From Actinomycetales bacterium (GTDB lineage Bacteria > Actinomycetota > Actinomycetes > Actinomycetales > CAVURS01): DNA of 64,000 bases. Shown here piece after piece: positions 56,772-64,000 of the stretch; position 1 is the first letter of the stretch, and every line of letters begins with the position of its first letter. Under the pieces are notes generated by a model. It was not told the DNA's origin and did not search any database. It saw nothing but the letters and a program-made list of their open reading frames with translations. The translations under genes were made by a program, and so were the position numbers. Location of the stretch: assembly GCA_045807245.1 (NCBI GenBank), contig JBJMHS010000036.1, forward strand, positions 303-64,302, read 5' to 3'.

Positions 56772-57623
56772 GACGGCGCGCACGACCGAGGAGTTGTACG
56801 CCGCGTCGGCACCCCTGAGCGACTCGAGCGGAGAGCGTTCCAGGCCGAGCTCGGCCGGGTCGAGGAGCTGCTCAGTGACCGAGCCCTGGGCGACCTCCCA
56901 CACCCGCGACGGCGCGCCGACGCTCAGCTCGTCCAGGCCGTCCTCACCGCGGAACACCAATGCTGACCGACCCCGGCCGGCCAGCACGCCGGCCACCAGC
57001 GGTGCCATCCGGGCGTCCGCCACGCCGACCGCGGAGGCGTGCGGCTGAGCCGGGTTGGTCAGCGGTCCGAGGAAGTTCAGCGCGGTCGGCACGCCCAGGT
57101 CGCGGCGCGGCCCCGCGGCGTGGCGGAAGGCCGGGTGGAACGCCTGGGCGAAGCAGAAGGTGATGCCGACCTCCACCGCCAGCTCGGCGACCCGCTCGGG
57201 CGGCAGGTCCAGCCGCACGCCCAGCGCCTCGAGCACGTCGGCGGCGCCGCAGGCGGAGGTCGCCGCGCGGTTGCCGTGCTTGACGACCCGGTGGCCGGCG
57301 CCGGCGACGACGAGCGAGGCCATGGTGGAGATGTTGACGGTGTGGGCCCGGTCGCCACCCGTGCCGACGACGTCGACGCACTCCCCCGGCACCTCGATCC
57401 GGATGGCGCGGTCGAGCATCGCGCCGGCCAGGCCGGCCAGCTCGTCCACGGTCTCACCCTTGGCCCGCAGGGCGACGAGGAACCCGGCGACCTGAGCCGG
57501 TGAGGCCTCGCCCTCCATCACCTGGCTCATCGCCCACTCGGCTTCGGCCCGGGCCAGGTCAGCGCCGCCGATGAGCGTCGTCAGCAGGTGCGGCCAGCTC
57601 GGCTCGGGCGTCTCGCTGCTCAT
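56574..57623 (-). CDS. trpD: Anthranilate phosphoribosyltransferase
   Basis: [37 protein letters not shown]. Confidence 0.93.
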   Translation of the reverse strand: MSSETPEPSWPHLLTTLIGGADLARAEAEWAMSQVMEGEASPAQVAGFLVALRAKGETVDELAGLAGAMLDRAIRIEVPGECVDVVGTGGDRAHTVNISTMASLVVAGAGHRVVKHGNRAATSACGAADVLEALGVRLDLPPERVAELAVEVGITFCFAQAFHPAFRHAAGPRRDLGVPTALNFLGPLTNPAQPHASAVGVADARMAPLVAGVLAGRGRSALVFRGEDGLDELSVGAPSRVWEVAQGSVTEQLLDPAELGLERSPLESLRGADAAYNSSVVRAVLGGQSGPVRDAVVLNAAGALVAAGVGAPGTALVERMRTALVLAARSVDDGSAAGVLDRWVAASAA

Positions 57624-57628
57624 GCGCC

Positions 57629-58102
57629 TCAGCCGAGGCGGCGGCGAGCCAGCTCGGCGACGGCCTGCGCGACAGCGGCCGGGTCGAGCGGGTGCGGCAC
57701 GGCCAGGTCGGCCTGCGACCAGGAGGCCAGCCAGGCGTCCTCGCGCCGTCCGGTGAGCACCAGGATCGGAGGGCAGCGGTAGATCTCGTTCTTGAGCTGG
57801 CGGCTGATCCCCAGCCCGCCGTACGGCACCGCCTCACCGTCGAGCACGAGCACGTCGGCCTTGCCGGAGTCGGCCACTGCCACGACAGCGGGCTCGGTGG
57901 CGCACTCGATCCACTCGACCGGGGGCAGGTCGGCGGCGGGCCGGCGTCCGACGGCCAGCCGCACCTGCTCGCGGACCGTCGCGTCGTCGCTGTACAGCAG
58001 CACGGTCAGGGTGCGGGCTCGACCTTCACCGGCGGGCAGCTGAGTCGGGTGTCCGGCCGGCTGGTCGGCGGGCTGCACGGCCGCATCCTGCGTGGTCGCC
58101 AT
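57629..58102 (-). CDS. Receiver-domain-like conserved protein
   Basis: VLLYSDD..VGRRPA..LVLDGEA..GGLG..RQLKNEI..DAWLA.WS; conserved trpD-ctaE intergenic gene. Confidence 0.75.
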   Translation of the reverse strand: MATTQDAAVQPADQPAGHPTQLPAGEGRARTLTVLLYSDDATVREQVRLAVGRRPAADLPPVEWIECATEPAVVAVADSGKADVLVLDGEAVPYGGLGISRQLKNEIYRCPPILVLTGRREDAWLASWSQADLAVPHPLDPAAVAQAVAELARRRLG

Positions 58103-58169
58103 GGTCCCGGATGCTATCGGCACGATGCCCGGGGGGTCGCAGCCCCATGGACCGGCCGGTAGGGCAATA

Positions 58170-58814
58170 ATGACCGCCGTGGCGACCGCAACGGCTCTCG
58201 ATGCTCCGCACCACGCCCCCGTCAACCGGCCCAACATGACCTCGGTCGGGACGATCGTGTGGCTGGCCAGCGAGCTGATGTTCTTCGCCGGGCTGTTCGC
58301 GATGTACTTCACGATCCGGTCGGTCGTCCCGGACCTGTGGCAGGTCGAGCCGGCCAAGCTCAACGTCCCGTTCGCGACGGGCAACACGCTCGTGCTGGTG
58401 ATCAGCTCGGTGTGGTGCCAGATGGGGGTGTGGAAGGCCGAGCGCTTCCAGGCCGGCCGGACCGGCGCGTGGTACCAGCTGAAGGACTGGGGCATGCGCG
58501 AGTGGTACGTCGTCACCTACATCTTCGGCGCCATGTTCATCGCCGGTCAGATCTATGAGTACGCCGGCCTGACCGCGGACAACGTCACGATCCCGACCAA
58601 CGCCTACGGCTCGATCTTCTACCTGGCGACGGGGTTCCACGGTCTACACGTCACCGGCGGCCTGATCGCGTTCCTGTTGATCATCGGCCGGAGCTTCGCC
58701 GCCAAGAGATTCGGCCACCACGAGGCGACCAGCGCGATCGTGACGTCGTACTACTGGCACTTCGTCGATGTCGTCTGGATCGGTCTGTTCGCCACCATCT
58801 ATCTGTTGAAGTAG
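58170..58814 (+). CDS. ctaE: Cytochrome c oxidase subunit III
   Basis: [32 protein letters not shown]. Confidence 0.93.
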   Translation: MTAVATATALDAPHHAPVNRPNMTSVGTIVWLASELMFFAGLFAMYFTIRSVVPDLWQVEPAKLNVPFATGNTLVLVISSVWCQMGVWKAERFQAGRTGAWYQLKDWGMREWYVVTYIFGAMFIAGQIYEYAGLTADNVTIPTNAYGSIFYLATGFHGLHVTGGLIAFLLIIGRSFAAKRFGHHEATSAIVTSYYWHFVDVVWIGLFATIYLLK

Positions 58815-58857
58815 CCGGCCTCCAGCCAGACCCCGCCGCAGGCAACGAGACGAGGAA

Positions 58858-59649
58858 GTGGTCGTGAGCGCACTCGCCGCACGAAGGCGTCACCCGCTGA
58901 TGCTGGCGTTGCTCCTGCTCGCCGCGCTGCTGGTCACCGGGTTTGCGTACGCCGCGGCGAACCCCAAGGTCGCGGGTGCCGAGACGGCAGGGGCCGGCTC
59001 GATCACGAACGGCCAGAAGCTGTTCCTGGCCAACTGCGCCACCTGCCATGGCACGAACGCCCAGGGGCGCGCGGGCTTCGCCCCGACCCTCATCGGTGTG
59101 GGCGCGGCGGACGTCGACTTCCAGGTCGGCACCGGGCGCATGCCGGCCGCCCGGCCGGATGTCCAGCTGGAGCAGACCAAGGTCCAGTTCAGCCAGCAGC
59201 AGATCGCGGACCTGGCGGCGTGGGTGGCGTCGTTGGCGCCCGGACCGGCGATCCCCGGCGACGAGTACACGACCGCGGCCGGGGGCGACATCGCCAAAGG
59301 CGGTGACCTGTTCCGCGTGAACTGCGCGATGTGCCACAACTTCGCCGGCTCCGGTGGCGCACTCACCCGGGGCAAGTTCGCGCCGAGCCTCATGGGCGTC
59401 TCGGGCAAGCACGTCTACGAGGCGATGCTGGTCGGCCCGCAGTCCATGCCGGTCTTCAACGACACGAACATCGACCCCAAGGGCAAGCAGGACATCATCG
59501 CCTACCTGAACTCGGTCCACACCCAGGCCAGCCCGGGCGGCCTGAGCCTGGGCAACCTCGGCACGGTGCCGGAGGGCCTGTTCGTCTGGGTGGTCGGTCT
59601 CGCGCTGCTGGTCGGGTGCGCGGTGTGGCTGGGGTCGAAGTCCGCGTGA
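58858..59649 (+). CDS. qcrC: Cytochrome bc1 (bcc) diheme cytochrome c subunit
   Basis: Two CxxCH motifs (CATCH, CAMCH); GRMP; C-terminal TM. Confidence 0.93.
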   Translation: MVVSALAARRRHPLMLALLLLAALLVTGFAYAAANPKVAGAETAGAGSITNGQKLFLANCATCHGTNAQGRAGFAPTLIGVGAADVDFQVGTGRMPAARPDVQLEQTKVQFSQQQIADLAAWVASLAPGPAIPGDEYTTAAGGDIAKGGDLFRVNCAMCHNFAGSGGALTRGKFAPSLMGVSGKHVYEAMLVGPQSMPVFNDTNIDPKGKQDIIAYLNSVHTQASPGGLSLGNLGTVPEGLFVWVVGLALLVGCAVWLGSKSA

Positions 59650-59686
59650 GCAGCATGATCCAGACGATCGGGACGGACGGCACACG

Positions 59687-60730
59687 ATGAGCGACCAGCA
59701 CGACCCGCAGCCCGGCAGCGACGTCGTCGTCGCCGACGAGATCGCGCAGCTGCCCGAGCGGTTCGAGAACCCCGGGCTGGTCCCCCACCACCACCGCATG
59801 GGCGACACCGACCCGCTCGCGGCCCGCAGGGCCGAGCGTCAGGTGGCGACCCTGTTCACGATCTCGATGATCGGCACGGTCCTGTTCATCGTCGCCTACT
59901 TCGCCGTCGGCAAGACCGACACCGTGTTCATCCCCGCGATGGGCCGGGTCGGCGCGCAGAACCTCTTCTTCGGGCTCACCCTCGGCATCAGCCTGTTCTG
60001 CATCGGCGCCGGGGCGATCCACTGGGCCAAGACCCTCATGCCGGACGAGGAGATCATCGAGGACCGGCACGCGCTGCGCAGCTCTGACGCGGACCGCGAC
60101 GGCGCCGTCGCCACGCTGTCCGAGGGCGCTGCGGGTGCCGGGATCGGCCGCCGGCCGATGATCAAGTACACCCTCGGTGGCGCGCTCGGGCTGTTCGCGC
60201 TGCCCCTCGGCCTGCAGCTCGTCGGCGGCCTCGGACCGCTGCCCGGCGACGAGCTGTCCACGACGATGTGGAAGAAGGGCCTCAAGCTCCTGCGCGACCC
60301 GGAGCTGACCCCGATCAAGGCGTCGGACGTGACGCTCGGTTCGGTCTTCCACGTGATGCCAGAAGGCATCGACAAGGTCCCCGACGAGCTCGAGGAGAAG
60401 GCCAAGGCCGCCGTCCTCCTGATGCGCCTCAACCCCTCCGACATCAAAGTCGCGGAAGAGCGCGACAAGGGCTACCAGGGCATCGTCGCCTACTCCAAGA
60501 TCTGCACCCACGTCGGCTGTCCGGTCGGTCTCTACGAGCAGCAGACCCACCATCTGCTCTGCCCCTGCCACCAGTCGACGTTCGACGTGACCGAGAACTG
60601 CAAGGTGATCTTCGGTCCCGCGAACAGACCGCTTCCCCAGTTGCCGATCACCGTGGACGCGGACGGATACTTGGTAGCGACGGCCGGCTTCGGACAGGCC
60701 GTCGGCCCGAGCTTCTGGGAGCGTGGATGA
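59687..60730 (+). CDS. qcrA: Cytochrome bc1 Rieske iron-sulfur subunit
   Basis: CTHVGC and CPCHQS Rieske motifs; three TM helices. Confidence 0.94.
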   Translation: MSDQHDPQPGSDVVVADEIAQLPERFENPGLVPHHHRMGDTDPLAARRAERQVATLFTISMIGTVLFIVAYFAVGKTDTVFIPAMGRVGAQNLFFGLTLGISLFCIGAGAIHWAKTLMPDEEIIEDRHALRSSDADRDGAVATLSEGAAGAGIGRRPMIKYTLGGALGLFALPLGLQLVGGLGPLPGDELSTTMWKKGLKLLRDPELTPIKASDVTLGSVFHVMPEGIDKVPDELEEKAKAAVLLMRLNPSDIKVAEERDKGYQGIVAYSKICTHVGCPVGLYEQQTHHLLCPCHQSTFDVTENCKVIFGPANRPLPQLPITVDADGYLVATAGFGQAVGPSFWERG

Positions 60731-62406
60731 CCACCGACACGACCTCGAACACCAACCCGGCCGCCAAGGTCGCGGGAGGTGTCGCCGGCTGGGCCGACGA
60801 CCGCCTGGGCGTGGCCAAGCCGGCGAAGACGTTCATGCGCAAGGTCTTCCCCGACCACTGGTCGTTCATGCTCGGCGAGATCGCCATGTACAGCCTGGTC
60901 ATCCTGCTCTTGACCGGCACCTTCCTGACGTTCTGGTTCGTGCCCTCGGCCGGCCACGTCGTCTACAACGGCTCGTACCTCCCGCTCAGGGGCGTCTCGA
61001 TGTCCGAGGCGTACAAGTCGACTCTGGACATCTCGTTCGACGTACGCGGTGGGCTGATCATCCGGCAGATCCACCACTGGTCCGCCCTGGTCTTCGTGGC
61101 CGCGATCACGGTGCACATGTTCCGGGTGTTCTTCACCGGTGCGTTCCGCAAGCCGCGTGAGCTCAACTGGGTCATCGGCATCAACCTGCTGCTGCTGTCG
61201 ATGCTCGAGGGCTTCGCCGGATACTCGATCCCGGACGACCTGCTGTCCGGCACGGGCCTGCGCATCGCCGAGGGCTTCATCCAGTCCATCCCGGTGATCG
61301 GCACCTACGCGGCGTTCTTCCTGTTCGGCGGGCCGTTCCCGGGTGAGGCGATCATCCCGCGGCTGTACACGATCCACGTCCTGCTGCTGCCCGCGATCAT
61401 CGTGGGCCTGTTCACCGCCCACATCCTCCTGGTGACGTTCCAGAAGCACACGCAGTACCCCGGGCCCGGGCGCACCAACGAGAACGTGGTCGGCTACCCG
61501 TTCATGCCGGTGTACCTGGCCAAGGCCGGCGGGTTCTTCTTCATCGTCTTCGGTGTCACGTCGTTCCTCGCGGCGATCGCGACGATCAACCCGATCTGGA
61601 TGTATGGGCCGTACGACCCCTCACCTGTGACGGCGGGCTCACAGCCCGACTGGTACATGGGCTTCACGGAGGGCGCACTGCGGCTGATGCCGGGGTGGCC
61701 GGAGTTCCATCTCTTCGGCTACACGTTGAGCCTCAACGTGTTCATCCCGGGCGTGATCCTGCTCGGCGCTCTCTTCACCATCGCCGGTGCGTACCCGTTC
61801 ATCGAGTCCTGGGTCACCAAGGACAAGCGTGAGCACCACCTGCTCGACCGTCCGCGAAACGCTCCGACCCGCACCGGCCTGGGCATCATGGCCATCTCGT
61901 TCTACCTGGTGCTGTTCCTGGCGGGCGGCAACGACCTCATCGCCACGCACTTCCGCCTGTCCATCAACGACATCACCAACACGTTCCAGGTGCTGCTCTT
62001 CGTCATCCCACCGGTCGCCTTCGTGATCACCAAGCGGGTCTGCCTCGGCCTGCAGCGCCGCGACCGGGACCTGGTGCTGCACGGGCGCGAGTCCGGCCGG
62101 ATCGTCCGGCTCCCGCACGGCGAGTTCATCGAGGTGCACGAGCCGCTGGAGGAGCACGAGGCCTGGCGGCTGGTGTCGTACGAGGCACTGCCTCCGGCCG
62201 AGCTGCCCCAGGACGAGGACGAGAACGGCGTACGGCGCAAGGGTGCCCGCAAGGAGCGGCTCCGGGCCCGGCTGTCCCGGTTCTACTTCGACGACCGGAT
62301 CGAGCCGGTGACACCGGCCGAGCTCGCGGCGGCGCAGCACCACGGGCACGGGCCCGGCGAGATCGGGTCCGGCGACCACGAAGCGGCCATCACCACCGGC
62401 CACTGA
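60727..62406 (+). CDS. qcrB: Cytochrome bc1 cytochrome b subunit
   Basis: FPDHWSFMLGE, RQIHHW, HMFR, QPDWY. Confidence 0.94.
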   Translation: MTTDTTSNTNPAAKVAGGVAGWADDRLGVAKPAKTFMRKVFPDHWSFMLGEIAMYSLVILLLTGTFLTFWFVPSAGHVVYNGSYLPLRGVSMSEAYKSTLDISFDVRGGLIIRQIHHWSALVFVAAITVHMFRVFFTGAFRKPRELNWVIGINLLLLSMLEGFAGYSIPDDLLSGTGLRIAEGFIQSIPVIGTYAAFFLFGGPFPGEAIIPRLYTIHVLLLPAIIVGLFTAHILLVTFQKHTQYPGPGRTNENVVGYPFMPVYLAKAGGFFFIVFGVTSFLAAIATINPIWMYGPYDPSPVTAGSQPDWYMGFTEGALRLMPGWPEFHLFGYTLSLNVFIPGVILLGALFTIAGAYPFIESWVTKDKREHHLLDRPRNAPTRTGLGIMAISFYLVLFLAGGNDLIATHFRLSINDITNTFQVLLFVIPPVAFVITKRVCLGLQRRDRDLVLHGRESGRIVRLPHGEFIEVHEPLEEHEAWRLVSYEALPPAELPQDEDENGVRRKGARKERLRARLSRFYFDDRIEPVTPAELAAAQHHGHGPGEIGSGDHEAAITTGH

Positions 62407-62420
62407 GCCGGTCTGAGCCG

Positions 62421-63872
62421 CTAGCTGGTGTGGGTGGACGCCGTACGGAACTCGGTGTAGGTGTACGGGTTGTCCAGGATCTTGGTCTCGGGGATGTCCG
62501 GGTTCATGCCCGAGTCCCAGGCCTCCTGGCCCAGGGTGCCCCTGAGGTACTCGACAGTGGCCTCGACCGCTGACCGGGCCCGGTCGAGGTCGGAACCGAC
62601 CAGGCGCCCGTCCTGCTTCACCACTCGCCCGTTGACCATCACCGTGTGCACGTCGCCCCGCTGGGCCTGCAGCGCGATGTGGCCGTAGGGGTGCAGGACC
62701 GGGAACATCACCGGGGACCGGTCGTTCTTGACCAGGACCACGTCGGCCTTCTTGCCGGTCTCCAGGCTGCCGATGCGGTCGTCCATCCCGAGCGCCTTGG
62801 CGCCACCTCGCGTGGCCCAGTCGACGACCTGCTCGGCCCGCAGGTGGTGGTTGGTCACCGTCTCGTTCCGGACATGGGCCTCGAGGTGCTCGCGGGAGCG
62901 GTCGGCGCCGAGCGAGGCGCGCATCGCGGCGAACAGGTCGCCGCTCTGCCAGACGCTCGTGTCCATGGACAGGGACACCGGGATGTCGTGGTTGCGCAGC
63001 ACCCAGGTGGGTGGGTAGCCCTGCCCGCAGCTCTGCTCGCTCTCGGTCGACACCGAGACCGACCCGCCCGTCGCGGCGATCCGGTTGTAGGAGTCGGCGT
63101 TGAGCGACGCCGCATGCACGTAGATGTTGCCCGGGCGCATGAACCCGTTGTCGTACATCAGGCGGATGCCCTCGTCGTTCGTCGCGCCCCACACGCCGGC
63201 GTGGGTCGTCACCGGTACGTCGAGCTCGCGGGCGACCTCGAAGGCGGCCTTCTCCGGGAAGGCGGGGTCACCTGTGACGTCGAAGGCCATCTGGAAGCCG
63301 AGCAGGTCCGAACGCTTCATCCGGCGCTCCACGAAGTCGCCGAACTCCGGCGAGGTGGACCACTCCCATGGGCCGGCCTGGATGTTGCCGTAGGCCAGCA
63401 CGAACCGACCAGGCACCGACTCGAGCGCATCCACCGCCGCGTCGGCATGCTGCGCGGTCTGCAGGCCGTGCGACCAGTCCACGGTCGTCGTCACGCCGGA
63501 GTCGAGCGCCTCGACGGCGGACAGGAGGTTGCCGGCGTACACGTCCTCGGGACGGAACTGGCGGCCGTGCTCGAGGTAGTACCAGACGAAGTACTGGGTC
63601 AGCGTCCAGTCCGCGCCGTACCCGCGCATCGCCGTCTGCCACATGTGGCGGTGGGTGTCGACCATGCCCGGCATGACGATGCCACCGCCGGCGTCGATCT
63701 CGACGGTCCCGTCCGGAACGTCGAGGTCCGGGCCGACGGCCTCGATCCGCTCCCCCACCACCAGCACGTCCCCCCGCGGGAGCACCGTGTGAGCGTCGTC
63801 CATGGTCAGGACCAGCCCGTTCCTCAGGACGACCGGCTGGCCGGCCTCGGCTGCGGAGACGGTCTGGCTCAT
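62421..63872 (-). CDS. Metal-dependent amidohydrolase/deaminase (SsnA/TRZ-ATZ-like)
   Basis: MPGMVDTHRH (HxH), THAG, VHA, LSMD, GSLETGKKADVV; GAGGA RBS. Confidence 0.85.
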   Translation of the reverse strand: MSQTVSAAEAGQPVVLRNGLVLTMDDAHTVLPRGDVLVVGERIEAVGPDLDVPDGTVEIDAGGGIVMPGMVDTHRHMWQTAMRGYGADWTLTQYFVWYYLEHGRQFRPEDVYAGNLLSAVEALDSGVTTTVDWSHGLQTAQHADAAVDALESVPGRFVLAYGNIQAGPWEWSTSPEFGDFVERRMKRSDLLGFQMAFDVTGDPAFPEKAAFEVARELDVPVTTHAGVWGATNDEGIRLMYDNGFMRPGNIYVHAASLNADSYNRIAATGGSVSVSTESEQSCGQGYPPTWVLRNHDIPVSLSMDTSVWQSGDLFAAMRASLGADRSREHLEAHVRNETVTNHHLRAEQVVDWATRGGAKALGMDDRIGSLETGKKADVVLVKNDRSPVMFPVLHPYGHIALQAQRGDVHTVMVNGRVVKQDGRLVGSDLDRARSAVEATVEYLRGTLGQEAWDSGMNPDIPETKILDNPYTYTEFRTASTHTS

Positions 63873-64000
63873 CGGGCTCACCTGGCTTCCTCGTCCGGCC
63901 GGACCGGACGTCTGTCCGCAGGACGGCCCGGCACGCGTTTGCGTCACTCTGCGACTGGCAGTCGATGCGTGTCAAGGGCGCCCTGACCGAGGTAGTGTGC

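Overview
Very GC-rich actinobacterial chromosomal segment (gene content and order resemble Micrococcales/Kineosporiales-type Actinomycetota; taxon is inferred). Left to right: topoisomerase IV-type parC/parE pair with four small genes between them; a minus-strand DNA-damage cluster (DUF6504 - SAV_6107-like HEPN - dnaE2 - DUF1697 - methyltransferase - dinB - DUF3040) headed by a LexA box and a PafBC-type promoter; a carotenoid-glycoside cluster (crtA-like, cruF, GT2, crtD-like, crtE, crtI, crtB, crtYc/d) interrupted between crtI and crtB by a DUF559-type nuclease gene flanked by two related 88-nt palindromic units; then the conserved Rv2175c-pknL-aroG-pfkA-plsC-glkA-arsA-fadD15-Rv2191-trpD-ctaE-qcrCAB backbone with several inserted genes, and an amidohydrolase at the right end. 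No rRNA, tRNA, CRISPR array or transposase was recognised. Most interesting: (1) the repeat-flanked DUF559 nuclease unit, a candidate transposase-free mobile element; (2) an ImuA/ImuB-less DnaE2 cassette containing a HEPN protein, under apparent dual LexA+PafBC control; (3) further PafBC-type promoters on uncharacterised small genes. All family assignments are from motif recognition by eye, with no database search, and many start codons are best guesses.
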